DNA of 64,000 nucleotides from Lama glama (GCA_028534125.1 CM052816.1:11534001-11598000), one strand, 5' to 3'. Counted from the first letter of the stretch, positions 39,901 to 53,309 are shown. The notes: generated by a model from the letters alone, not told the origin. Numbers and translations: made by a program.

Positions 39901-41725
39901 TTAGTCTTTGATCGTCGACGTTTTGATTAATCATTTGATCTTGGTATAAAATCAACTTTGCTTTGTTTCTAAGATAGACTATTGCCTGTAGCTCACGCAG
40001 GCAATCTGGCACAGCCCACGGTGATTTCTTTGTGTAGCTAAATACCAGATCTCTTTTCAGCAAGCTTTGTCCCTTTTCATACACGTGTTTGGCAGCAGCC
40101 TGGGTAGCGAAGTTTCCCTTAATGCTTGTAAAACCAATATGTTGATATACCAGACTTACTTTAGGTCCCTTTGGCCTTCTTTGCAGGATTGATACAGATG
40201 TCAGCTCCGTGGCTTCCTTGTGCTCTTAGATAATGTCGTTTGGCAGTTGGTAAACAATGGCTACTTGGGAGGTCACTGACTTTTTTTTTTAATATTATAT
40301 TATAAAAGGCAGGCTTTGATTTCTCAGCTTTTGTAAAAGTTGATATTTTAATAACTCCTTACTGTCTTAAGAGTAGGCTTCATGAAAACTTACATATTTT
40401 TCCCCCTGTAGATAAGAAAGGTAAATATACCCCATCTTCATGAATCTACTCCAAGAAATGCATTGAATGTGATTCCTGTAATTAATGGGCTCCGTTTCTT
40501 GGCCCCCCGCTCTTCATAGCTGTGTGTTTGTTTTAATGTATGTTGTGTTTTTTACCCATTATTTTGCAGTTTTGGCCTCTTGCCTTTTACTAGGTAAAAA
40601 AATATATGAAAGCAAGGTCCATGACAATGCAGGAGAGTCTACATTTTACCCTTGTTAGACTGTTAACGTACATATACTGTATGCATGATATTTGCTACAG
40701 ATTTATATCTTGGGGAAAGGAGAAAGGAAAGGAGTTACTTTATATGCTCTGTGAAGAACATAAGAACTGTAAGTAAATTCAGAATGAAGTCAGATGTACC
40801 TTGAAAAATCCCTTGCGTCACCCAGAGTGTACGGCGTGCACGGGGAATGTGCACAGCCCCCTGCAGTAATTCTTATGCCACTGAGCTGGGTCCAAGGATG
40901 GCAAGGGTTTTTGGCAGACATCTGGGTCATCAGAACACTTTGCTTCCATGAGAGTCCCTGGTCTGCAGCAGGGACTGGAGAATCCCGGTGGGACCCCACT
41001 TGTGTGCAGGCTTTATGCCATTATGTTTTTAACACGGAGACTCCTTTTGGGTGTACTCATTTGGGGGAGCATGAAATGAGATAATACACATGGCAGCCTC
41101 TAACACAGCGCCCTGCACTGGCAGTGGATGCTCAGTAAGTCTTTGATGGGCTTGATCCTGATCTAGCTTGATCCTTTCCATTGTCACACTGTGTTTGAAA
41201 AGGTGTCCAAAAAACCTGGCTGCCTGTTTCCTGCCTTCCCAAAGTGGCAACCCTCTCCTAGCAGCCTGCCTTCTCTTGTACCCTTATATCTGACTTCAGA
41301 TAAATTTTTGTGAATTAGATCAGGAGTGCTCAATTTACCCTAAGATGATGTCAGATCATTTCAAGTAATGCCAGGCAGGGGGCGCCTCAGCACAGTAAAT
41401 CTTTAATTTAAAACCAGTTAAAATGTATGCTTCTCATGTCACGGTGTTTAGCTACTGTAAGTAAACCTCTGATTTCTTTTCCTAGTCTCCTGCGGAAGGA
41501 AACTTGAGGCTCACATCTATTCAATTCCAAAAGTAGTTGCATAAGAAAATGACTTGAATCTTGCAAACGGGTTTACTAGAGTGAATAGTATAGGATCTCT
41601 TGTGTTTGGCTAAGAAAACTTCAGTTTTACTGTTGTAATTTACAAGCATTGTCTAATGAGTGACCCTTAAATATTTCACAGTGGCCCCCTTCATGATTTC
41701 CCATCCCCTTTTATATTTTATTTTA

Positions 41726-41859
41726 ATTTTTAAGATTTTTTTGTTCATTTTCTTTTGGGAGGGGGTTGGTTTGTTTGTTTAAATGAAAGTACTGGAGACT
41801 GAACCCAGGACCTCACGCATACTGAGCATGTGCTCTACCACTGAGCTATTACCCTCCCC
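41726..41859 (-). mobile_element. tRNA-Ala-derived SINE
   Basis: GAACCCAGGACCTCACGCAT...CTCTACCACTGAGCTATTACCCTCCCC, flanked on both sides by ttatattttatttt. Confidence 0.88.
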
Positions 41860-44006
41860 GCTTATATTTTATTTTTTATTTGTTTGTTTTTCCAACTAAC
41901 ATGTGAACTCTAGGAGGCTACAGTTTTGTTTCATTACTGTATCCTTAGTTCCTGGAACAGTGCCTGGCCAGGTAGGTAGTCACAAAACTGTTAAATGAAG
42001 AACAAGTAGTTTTCACTATTTTTAAAATCAATACCTTTCACCTTAATAAGCAAATATTAAAGTTATGCAAAGTGTCAATAAACTGAGTTTATAATCTTTA
42101 GGAATTTCACTGATAACTTAGCGAAGTAATCAGAACTTGGGAAATTTTTATCATTATCCTTCTCTGGTGATTACATTTCCACCCTCTCATTATTTAGTTC
42201 AGTAATCTTCTTACAATTTACAGTGTGTTTATAATATTCAGTCAGTCAGGGTATGTTGACGGACAGAAAACGAGGAAACTAGAACTGTAGTAAAGGCGGA
42301 ACTTTCATATTCTCATTTTATCTTAGTATAAAAGTTCTCATTTACACACACGCACACGCACACGCACAGAGGCACAATACAAATTCAGGGCCTCTTTGTG
42401 AGTCTCAGATGTCTCCCTAGCTTCAAGGGTGCTGTGTAAGTGAGGCTCCTTGCTGAGGAACAGAATAGCTAAACCTGACCCACTATAATGGACATTGTCT
42501 TCAAAAAAAATCCTGAAAGCTAAACTTCAAGAAGACAGTCATTGTAATTTTGAGCAGTTTTTTTTTGGCGGGGGGGGGGGGAGAAATGTTTGAATGAGAG
42601 AATGAATGAATATTTAAAAAGCCATGTTTTTGATTAGTTCTCGAGATTGCAGTGGCCCGGAGGGAAGTGTGAATGGTAGAGTTTATGGCGAGTTCGGGGC
42701 CCACTGCTCGCTTCTCTGATTGATCCCCGAGCCAAGTAAGGTTTGGTTTCCATATTAATCCCTGAGATCAGTGATGTTTATCTCCAGATCGTTCCTTCAT
42801 CCAGTGAAGATTCACCAGGTACGTGCCAGGCACTGTGTTAGGTGGTGGAGATACAGAATTCCTGCTCTTGTAGAGCCTGTCTTTGGGGCCACAGATATCT
42901 CTAAGCACGTGTGAAGATGATGGACCCTTTTCCCTGAAGTCAATCAGTCAGCCAGGCAACCTCAGACACACACGCATGCACGCACGCACATGCACGTGCA
43001 CACGGCTGCCGTGGGGTGGGGGAGACCCCTTACTCACTGCGTTGTGTTGCCATTTCCTGGGTCGGAAGGCTTGAAGCTCAAGGTCATCAAGTGGATGCCC
43101 CTGTCCCCTGCCTCCAGCTTGTTTGCTGCTCCCACGTCCCCCTCAGCATCTTCTGCTGTTTTGGATAAGGCTTCCCTGTAACTTCTTTTCAGGTTCGATC
43201 ACATGATGAAGCAGCAAGCCTTTGGGAATGGAGCCTGAGGTTCTTGTCCTCCCGCTTTGAGGACGATACTTTGTTACTTCCGCTCTGAGTCTCTTTTTGC
43301 GTCTGAACGGTGGAAAGGGAAGGATTTGAGTCACAGAGGTGTTTGAGGGCCGGTTAGGTGGGCAGGCTTTAGGGGCAAAAGAAAATATCTGTGGATAAAT
43401 TACAGTCTTGTTGCTCATTAGCTGGGTGATTTTGAGCAAATGGTTTATCTGAACCTTATTTGGCACATATGAAAGAGAAAAAGGCCAGCATATATCTCAA
43501 GGAACAGTCTGAGGATTAATTTGAAATAATGTATTTAAACTGCCCAGGAGAAAAATGGTAGCTATTATCAGCTTTGTTACATCCAAATTGTGTTTCAGGG
43601 GAATTTCATCAATAAATAAACTATTTATTGAGCACCTGGCATAGACCACGTCTGTGATTCTACTCCCAGTCACCAGGCAGTAATAAAGTACGTTAGTGGA
43701 GGAATTTGCTCTGTATTATGCCTGATGTAATTTCCTGGCTCTTCCGCTAACCAGCTGGATGGACTCTAAACTCTACAATTTTACTTAGTTTCCATTTCTG
43801 AAAGGTGAGATAGTGACATCACATGACCCAGTGAGGCTGCTTTACACAAGATCATGCGAGCAAAGCCATTTGGCACAGTGCCTCATACAGGGAACACTGT
43901 TGACTGATGCACAGCTGGTTGAGTATTAATAGTATTAATTATTAATCAGCTTAAACTAACCTCACCTTCTCCACCCAGAGCTAGGTTGACTCTAAAGAAG
44001 GTTTCC

Positions 44007-44105
44007 GGGGGCGGGTATAGCTCACTGGTAGAGCGCATACTTAACATACACAAGGTCCTGGGTTCAATCCCTGGTACCTCCAAAAAAAGAACCCCATAAA
44101 TAAAT
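44007..44105 (+). mobile_element. tRNA-Ala-derived SINE about 215 nt upstream of PRELID2 exon 2
   Basis: GGGGGCGGGTATAGCTCACTGGTAGAGCG...GGTTCAATCCCTGGTACCTCC plus an A-rich tail. Confidence 0.9.
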
Positions 44106-44319
44106 AGAGAATGTTTATCCTAGATTTCATACAGTTCCAGTTGATGACAGCATCACACTTACTTATGCCCAAGTAGTAAAATTAAGACTCTTGGCTGAAA
44201 ACTGGCCTTACAGATTGCTTGAAAATTTTTTATTGTTCCTGCAAGTAATTGTGGTTACTATGAAACAGTTCATTTTGGCCACAATGAATGGTAATTTTTC
44301 TTTATGTGTTTTCATTTAG

Positions 44320-44377
44320 TATCCGAACCCCATGGATAAAAATGTCATCTCGGTAAAAATTGTGGAGGAAAAAAGAG
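44320..44377 (+). CDS. PRELID2: PRELID2 coding exon 2
   Basis: ttttcatttag|TATCCG...AGAG|gtaagt; 58 nt. Translates YPNPMDKNVISVKIVEEKR plus 1 nt, completing the KYPNP PRELI motif. Confidence 0.97.
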
Positions 44378-44890
44378 GTAAGTTCTCCAAACATACCTGA
44401 CTTCAGGGATGATCGTTAAGGGATACTAATCTTTGTGAAGATGTGTATCTTTGTGTGTGTGTGTGGCCTGTTACATTTTAAACAGGTGTGTTAACAGGCA
44501 TGGTCACTGATGGAAAAGAGTGTCCAGTTTTTCCAGCAGTAGAAGGCCTGTCTAATGCACTCTTGTCCCTTTCTCCAATTGATGACGGTTGTAACAACTA
44601 ACATTTTTGAACACTTAATATGTGCCTGGCACTCTTATTAACTTAGTCCTCAGAGCCATGTAAGGGGTTGGTATTATCACTTCTATTTAATGAGTGAAGA
44701 AACCACAGTGGAAAGAGGTTCAATAACTTGCCCGAGGCCATGTGGCTATATCCCTTACTACATTCATGTGTGATTTTATTGATGGCAAAATAGACATGAC
44801 TGATAACCTGTGTATGAGATGTGACTGTAAAGTGATTAGATTATGCAATCAAAACTACGCTTAGTAGTATGGTTCAGTATTGACTAGAGC

Positions 44891-45081
44891 CAGGATTGAC
44901 AAACTCTGCTTTGTGTTGCCTGTTGTTATAAATAAAGTTTTATTGGCACGTAGCTGTGCCCATTTTTGTATAATCTGTGGCTGCTTCCTGGCAACAACAG
45001 TAGAAATGAGTTGTTGCGACAGAGACAAAACCTGAAATACTTCCCATCTGGGCCTTTACAAAAAATGTTTACCCACCCCTG
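44891..45081. mobile_element. MER58-like hAT DNA transposon remnant
   Basis: Degenerate terminal inverted repeats CAGGATTGACAAAC ... GTTTACCCACCCCTG, and internal AAATAAAGTTTTATTGGCAC. Confidence 0.7.
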
Positions 45082-46398
45082 GAGTGGAGCACAGGAGTCT
45101 TCCCTGCCCTCTGTCGTTCACATCTCCAGGGGAAGTGTTTTCACTGTCACTGTTTGATCTTGAGGGCTGGACTATGCGGGAAGCCATGTGATGCATATCA
45201 TCCATGTACAACCTTTCGAGACACCCAGGCCTGGTCTAACATGCTTATGAACCTTCTGAGAAAACAGGAGATGCAACCGTTCATTGTGTGACTCTGAGGC
45301 CTTCTCTGTACTTGGTGAACAGAGAACTGTCTTTAGCTTGCGAGGGTATTTTCTGCACTTCCATAGCTCTACAAATAGATATTAAAAAAACATTTTCTCA
45401 TGTACTGGCCCTCGTGGGAGAAACTTGTTATATGGTATTAGAAAAATCTGATTTCAAGTCCTGATTCCCTTACTGCCTGCATGACCCAACTTCTAGGAGG
45501 CTCCATTTCTTCATCTGTTAAATGGGAAAGTGATAACAACCTGCTTTTAGATGGTTGTGAAGATCAAATGAGAGAACAAGGTGCATATTCCAAAGTGGTT
45601 TATTCTAATTTCTACCACTGATGGGGGCATCTTTGCTCCCAGGAGGGGCTAATCCATTTTCAGTATGTGTGCTGCAAACGCTGGATGAAATGGCAAAGGG
45701 GTGCCAGTTCCTCACCCTACCAACAGCTTCTGGGCAGTCAGGGTGTTTGCACAAAGGTTCAGGGCTCTTAGAGCCAGAGCTTGAGAAACCCTGTCAGAGC
45801 TGAGTCACAGTAACTCACAGGTCAAAGGACATTAGAGTTTATCTTTTTCTCTGATTTGGTTGCTTTTTTTCCCAACTCACATTTATTGTGTGTTTTTTAT
45901 ATCCCTGGTGCTATTCTGGAACTTTTATTCCAACACAGAATAGTTTCAGTCACAGGGAGTCTGCTGTCCTATGAAAGACAGCGATGCCTAATATAATTAA
46001 TTACAGATATAAATTTGTAGCTGGAAATCGGTGCTTGAAAACATGTTTGGTGTTGAAGATGGCAGAATCAGATTCTCCATCTTTTTGGTAAAGCGTTGTC
46101 TTAGTTGGAGCTGAGTTGGGGGCTCACTGGCCATTGTCATTGGCGTGTTGACATTGATAGTCCAGACCAGTGAAAAATTTGCCATTCTTTTTTCCTTGAC
46201 TTTAGAATGAGAAGTGTGAATGGCTAGCTGTTTTATTCTTACTCGTTGCTCACAGGTATTTGGAAAGTTTTGGACCAGAAACGTGGTCAGAGATACTGAG
46301 TTTTGAGTTAAAGTTTTTCTTTAGCAATTCTACTTATAGAAAGTTGAGATTGACATTGGAAGTTTTGTTGCCATTAAAACAGGAATACATTTCCTTAA

Positions 46399-46581
<183 letters not shown>

Positions 46582-48217
46582 TAGCATTTTCCGACATAAA
46601 GGAACGTCAGAGCTTTCCCGGTTCTCCTGCCTCAGAGCCCTTCAAAGGAAGAAATCTCTCTCCTGTCCACTTTCAGTTTATACAGATGCACCAGAAACAG
46701 TTTTTTTCTGCTTCGTCTCTCTTTTGCGGAGGGCGCTTAGTGTACATAGAGATGGTCCACAATTGTTTTAAAAGATACTTTGGGTATTTTGCATGAAGTG
46801 ACCATCTTTTCTAGTCTGTCCATGGTTAGCTATGCCTCTTAGGTAAGAATGATCAAAAGTGGGCAGATGGTAAATATTTAGTCTGGTCTTCAGTAAGGAA
46901 GAGAAAAGCTTTCGTTTGCATTTCACTGTCAGAGAGAGTGGTTATTTCAGGGAGTGTTAAGGTTCTCAGTGCTTTATTTAAGTGTTTTTTTGTTTGTTTC
47001 TGTAAAGCAATGGCATGGATGATGAAATCTTCATGATAGCACATTGTTTTCTCTCTTTTAAATCCTTAAGCACTCGGGTGATTGTTGGAGAAAGGTGAGT
47101 GGAAGTTTTTAATCACATTGCTTTACAACCATCAAGGGATTATTGACAAGAGCCCTTTTAGAATCATTAGGAAATAAGAGGAGCACTTTTTTTTTTTTTG
47201 ATGGCAGAAGCATTTATTTTCATTCATTTTCAAATGACTCAAATCTTCCCACAACAAAAACTCTAGGCTGTAGATAACTTCACTGATGAAGTCTATCAAA
47301 AAAGAGATAAAACCAAATGTGTGTAAATTTACCAAAATAAAAGGAATGCAACTTTTAAAAAACGCTCAGATGGTCGTTCAACCCGGGAAGCGATTCGATT
47401 CTGTGTGTGATATAGAACCCAGGTGCAGGGCTCCCACCGATCAGCTTGCAAATTACGCTGCTGTGCTGTATGCATTAAAAACGGCTGCTTCTGTCACTTC
47501 CTGATCCTGGGTTAAGACTCTGTCACTTTCTTTAGTGGAAAGAAGGCTGATGTGACAGTGAAAATGAACTTCCTTTTGTTTTCCAGATAGTAAAATATAT
47601 TGTAGTGTATGCTACAAATTATTGCTGACTTTTTCCACAGTGTGTACCCTGCCTTTGCCCTGTTTCCGCGCTTTGAATCTATTATTTAAAAAGGCGTTCA
47701 ACTTTGTCTTGTATCTCAATTCTTAAATAATTTAAGGGCACCTCTGACTTGTACAATTCTGCCTTTGTAGTTTTTCCATGTTTCTTCTGCTTAGGAAAGC
47801 ATAAATTTCTAGGTATTGGACAGAGTTTAAAATGAAGAAAATATTCTATCTGATATTGTCCTGTCTGTGAGCCGGTAAGTGGGCCCAATCAGAACCTGCC
47901 AATTTAAGATGGCCATAACCAGCCCTAGACGAGACGCGAAGGAGGCTGATAATGTGCTTAGCATTCAGCAGTTGGGGAAATCAGGCCCAGGACTGTGCAG
48001 CCTGCGTAAATCCTGGGCCATCTGCATGTCCTCACCAGCATTAGTAAGGTCACAGTGTGTTTGATTATCAAGGACTTGCAGCCACTGGTGAGCCATTGTC
48101 CATACATCAGGGTCACCTGTCCTCTTAAATACACAAGGCTGAGAGCAACTCTGGACACGGTCCTTACGTTGCTTGCTCTTCCTAAATTCAGAAAGCCATC
48201 CTCCCTTTTTTGGACAG

Positions 48218-48246
48218 GTGAACATTTTAAAGGTACCTGATATCCG
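48218..48246 (+). CDS. PRELID2: PRELID2 next constitutive coding exon, 5' part only (truncated by assembly gap)
   Basis: ctcccttttttggacag|GTG AAC ATT TTA AAG GTA CCT GAT ATC gives VNILKVPDI (recalled human VSILKVPNI). It runs into the N-gap at 48247. Confidence 0.9.
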
Positions 48247-48746
48247 NNNNNNNNNNNNNNNNNNNNNNNNNNNNNNNNNNNNNNNNNNNNNNNNNNNNNN
48301 NNNNNNNNNNNNNNNNNNNNNNNNNNNNNNNNNNNNNNNNNNNNNNNNNNNNNNNNNNNNNNNNNNNNNNNNNNNNNNNNNNNNNNNNNNNNNNNNNNNN
48401 NNNNNNNNNNNNNNNNNNNNNNNNNNNNNNNNNNNNNNNNNNNNNNNNNNNNNNNNNNNNNNNNNNNNNNNNNNNNNNNNNNNNNNNNNNNNNNNNNNNN
48501 NNNNNNNNNNNNNNNNNNNNNNNNNNNNNNNNNNNNNNNNNNNNNNNNNNNNNNNNNNNNNNNNNNNNNNNNNNNNNNNNNNNNNNNNNNNNNNNNNNNN
48601 NNNNNNNNNNNNNNNNNNNNNNNNNNNNNNNNNNNNNNNNNNNNNNNNNNNNNNNNNNNNNNNNNNNNNNNNNNNNNNNNNNNNNNNNNNNNNNNNNNNN
48701 NNNNNNNNNNNNNNNNNNNNNNNNNNNNNNNNNNNNNNNNNNNNNN
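48247..48746. other. Assembly gap (500 N) inside a PRELID2 exon
   Basis: Run of N. Confidence 1.
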
Positions 48747-49541
48747 AAAAAAATTAAAGTTGAAACTGCATGTCCCATGACCCAAATATTCAGCTGCTAG
48801 ACACTCTAGAGACACTCATGCACATGTGCACATATGTAGCTGGATGCATAATAAATATTTTCTCTATAGCACTACTGATAATAGCCCCAAACTGAGTCCA
48901 TATTAAATATCCATCTTCAGTAAAGTGGATAAATAATTTGGAGTGTTTTCAAGCAATAGAACGGTATGCAGCAATGAAAATGAACAAACAACAGCTACGT
49001 GCAACAGTATGGGGTGAGCCTCTACTGAGCAGGCAGGCTTTATTTGTGCCTTCGTAAACAGAGACAAGATCAGAGTGTGTTTAGGAAGCTGAGTGGGGAT
49101 TGTGTGGATTAGGGGGAGTCCACCCTGGAGGCCAGGACCCTACTGGGAGGCAGATGTGGTGGTCCTAGAGAGAGAGAGTGCCGTGCTGAACCCAGGCAGT
49201 AGCCGCAGCAGCACCGGAGAAAATGACACGGACTATCGGGGGACATTGGAAGTAAAATAAACAGCCTGGTTTCGGATTAGAAAAGGAACCATGTAACACG
49301 TTGCTAAGCTTTCTCATCTCATGGGTGAGGGTGATGGTTGTGTCCTTCACTGAGACAGGAGCAGGGCTAGGGTTTTGAGGCAGTAGGTGTGAATCTGCAT
49401 GGCATCAAGCTGTAGGACCTTGGGCAAGTTGTTACTTCTCTTCTCCAGTTTCCTCACATGTAAAAGAAAAAACATTTTAAAAGTAACAACCTCAGAAGAT
49501 AATACAGCGTCTGATACATAATATACACTGTTACTATACAG

Positions 49542-50003
49542 TTTTTAAAAATTGAAGTATTGTTGATTTACAGTGTTTCTGGTGTACAGAAAAGTGACTC
49601 AGTTATATATACACATATGTACTCTTTTTCACATTCTTTTCCATTATGGGTTATCACAAGATACTGAATGTAGTTCCCTGCGCTATACTGCGCAATACAT
49701 CCTTATTGTTTATCAGTTTTATATGTAGTAGTGTGTATCTGTTAATCCCAAACTCCTAATTTATCCCTTCCCCCTCTTTCCCCTTTGGTAGCCATAAGTT
49801 TGTTTTCTATGTCTGTGATTTTGTTTCTGTTTTGTAAATTCACTTGTATCATTTTTTTAGATTCCACATATAAGTGATATCTTATGATACTTGCCTTTCC
49901 CTGTCTGACTTACTTCACTTAGTATGATAATCTCTAGGTGCATCCATGTTGCTGCAAATGGCACTATTTCATTCTTTATTTTTTTTAATGGCTGAGTAAT
50001 ATT

Positions 50004-50035
<32 letters not shown>

Positions 50036-50462
50036 ATATATATATCTTTTTATTCATTCATTCACATCTTTTTATTCATTCATCTGTTGACATTTAGGTT
50101 GCTTCCATGTCTTTGCTATTATAAATAGTGCTGCTGTAAACATTGGGGTGCACGTACCTTTTCGAATTAGAGTTTTTGTCTTTTCTGGATTTATACCTAG
50201 GAGTGGGATTGCTGGATCATATATGGTAGCTTTATTTTTAGTTTTTCCAGGAACCTTCATGCTATTTTCCATAGTGGCTGCACCAGTTTACAGCCTCACT
50301 AACAGTGTAGGAGGGTTCCTTTTTCTCCACAGCCTCTCCAGTATTTATTATTTGTAGACTTTTTGATGACAGTTGTTCTGACTGGTGTGAAGAGGTACCT
50401 CACTGTAGTTTTGATTTGCATTTCTCTAATAATTAGCAATCTTGAGCCTCTTTTCATGTGCC
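49542..50462 (-). mobile_element. 5'-truncated L1 (ORF2 end and 3' UTR)
   Basis: ORF fragments YDPAIPLLGINP, CTPMFTAALFIIAKTWKQPKC and [13 protein letters not shown] are L1 ORF2 C-terminal motifs. TSD tactatacag (49532) / tactgtacag (50463). Confidence 0.95.
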
Positions 50463-52137
50463 TACTGTACAGCTTTTTGAAGAGTAAATGTGACCCTGAG
50501 TGTATAATATCATAAATGGATGCAATCATACCTTTAGGCTTAACAGATAAGACAGATATAGGAAAACTTGAATCATCTTTATCTCTTTTGAGTGGAACAT
50601 GGAACACTTAAAGCTTGGGGGCAGGAGAAAGTCTTAGGACAGAAGGCACAAAGAACTGGAGTTACATCGTGTGGGAAAAGGAAAGCCAAGAGGTGATTTA
50701 ATGGGACTTTAAATGAAAGGCAGAAGTTAGCTTGTACCTTTGCTGAAAATGGTTGTTGGTAGCACAGAACCTTTTAAAGAATAACTTTTTATTTATATAA
50801 AAATGACCCTCAAGGATATATTTGTATTTTTTTTGGTGATTACCAAGTAGCACATATTTATTTCAGAACATTAGTAAAAGAAGAAGAAAATAAATAATTA
50901 ACACCTATAATTCAAATACCCAGGGGGTCTGTTTGTATTTCAGCTCTGTCCATTTGTCCATCTGTCCATCCATCCATCTTATCTTTTTCTCTCTCTTTCT
51001 TTTTTTTAAAAAGTTGAAATTGAACCATATATCATTGTGTAAGCTGCTGTGTTTTGCACAGGAACTTAAGTGAAGGCTTATCTAGCCTAAGGGATTTAGG
51101 TTAGCTATGTGTATTAAGAAGAAACTGTCTGATGTGCTTTGCCAAGGAGTTATTGAGAGAAAGTACAGCATTTCCTTCATCTGGCAGCCTTAAAATATAA
51201 TAGGATACACTCTCATCTCATTCATGGCAAGGGCATGACCCTGCCTTCCTGCCCTGCTATTCTCTGATATGTGGGCAAAGCCTGAGAGTGCTATTCTGAG
51301 CACTTACTTCTCCCAAATGTGGCAAAAGGAAATATTCGTTAAGAGTATGAAGTAAGCGAGACTTTTATTAATCCCTCACCTACATTTGCCTTGAGGACTG
51401 AAGAGTGCATCTCTCCCAAGGGTGTGAGACTGCTCAACTTTTCATTTCTAAATATTAAAATCACTGTAAAATTCCACTCTGACTAATCTGGAACAAAGAC
51501 AGGAAAGATTAGTGTCACTAGGATATAGTCTTACATGAGCAAATCATTTTAAATAGGCTTAAATCTAAGAGGTGGAAGCTGCTTTTCCTAGACTGACTGT
51601 TTGCCTAGACTATTTATGCCACATTGGCTAGGATAACTCTGTGTGTGAGTGTGTGTGTGAGAGAGTGAGAGAGAAGGAGGAAGAAGGGAAGAGATGAGGA
51701 GGGAGAGAGAGAGGTGTTCTGAAGGCTTCCTTTTACTGTGTACATGACCTAAATGTGGAGACTACTGGTGTTAGAGCATTAGAGAGCATGTGTAAGTAAG
51801 AGGCTGTAATAACTCTTTTTACCAAAATCACAGCTTTCTGGTTTCATAATTTTCTCAATATATTTTGTAGTGTTGGTGAGTGTGCTTGTATATACATGTA
51901 CACATACACCCAAACACACATATGGGAGATGTGGTTCCCTTTTCTTTTCCATAGAAATGTAAGAAGGTAGGGGGAAAGTTTTTGTTGTTGTTGGATATTT
52001 TTGATTGTAAAGAAACTTGATATTAATTAATTTATTCATTTAACAAATACTCATTGAAGTCATTGAGTGTAAACACTGTTCTGAAAATGGGGGATAAGAG
52101 GTTGTCTAGAAGTATTAAGGAATGGCAACAAGCCTTT

Positions 52138-52298
52138 TTCTGTTTTTGTTTTGGCGGGGGGAGGTAGTTAGGTTTCTTTGTGTATTTTTAAATTAATTTT
52201 AAATTTTATTTTATTTTTTAGTGAAGGTACTGGGGATTGAACCCAGGACCTTGTGCATTGCTAAGCATGCACTCTACCACTGAGCTATACCCTCCCCC
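52138..52298 (-). mobile_element. tRNA-Ala-derived SINE with TSD
   Basis: TSD gaatggcaacaa(g/a)ccttt at about 52120 and about 52302. Confidence 0.92.
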
Positions 52299-53249
52299 AA
52301 AGAATGGCAACAAACCTTTTAGTCAATGATGCACATGTAATTGTTAATTTGTACCTGTTACGCGGTCGCCTTAGATGAGAAGTCCTTGCCTTCATGATGA
52401 AGTCTAAACTCCTCACCCTGGGAAGACCATTTGTAGTCTGGTCTCCATCTGTCCTTCCAGCCTTATCTCCTAACATCTCCCACACCCACATTATGCTCTG
52501 GTCATTTTTAAGGGAAAAATTATACCAAGCCCCTTACTTAATTTTGGGCATTTTCAGGCAACATGTGGCTCTGTTCCTTCACATCTTCCTGCCTGAGTTC
52601 CTGTGGTTTTTCTCTGGTGGAGGGCTTTGCCTCCATTTGCTGGGTGGATAGGGGCTATGGCAACAGACTTTCCTATTCACTTTGATGTGGCTCTGCTTTT
52701 ACTTCCCTGGGGTGCTGCAGTCTCTTAACTGGTTTATGGACTTCTCCCAAAGGCAACCTTGTCCATATGTTGTTGTTAAGTTGGGGTCTCCATGGAGGAA
52801 TGAGGGCGTGAGGCTTCCTATTCTGCCATCTTTCTACATCATTCTCAAGTGTTATTCAAATCTGTTTTGTGAAATGGAGATAATTAATATTGGTAGAACT
52901 TTAAATAGTTTAATGACACATATAATCTGCCTCACCTCCCTTTCTGATCAAGGATTGAAGAAGTCATTTCAGGGTTATTTCCTGTCTCTGTCTCTGTCTG
53001 TCTCTCTTTAGTAATAGTGGCTAACATTTAATAAATTCCTTATGGTGTGTCAGGAACTGTTCGTGTTTCTGTTATATGTATTAATTCACTGAATTCTGAC
53101 AGTAGTTGTAAAAGGAAGAAACTGTAATTATTCCCAATTTACAGGTGAGGTACTGAGTTAAGAGAATCTAAGTAATTTACCTGAGGTCATACCCTGGTAA
53201 TTGTCTCAGACTCAGTTTTAACAAGACATTTTGCAGCATGGAACAAGAC

Positions 53250-53309
53250 TATATATATATATATATAGTATATATATATATATATATAGTATATATATAT
53301 ATATATATA
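53250..53309. repeat. Interrupted (TA)n microsatellite
   Basis: Three (TA)n blocks separated by G. Confidence 0.95.

Noticed and set aside
39560..40270. Complex non-repetitive-looking stretch with 80-120 aa ORFs
   Set aside because: No identifiable protein or splice structure. It may be an ancient repeat but cannot be supported from sequence alone.
49857..50607. ORFs with recognisable protein motifs (also 14765-14947)
   Set aside because: Broken L1 ORF2/3' remnants rather than host genes.
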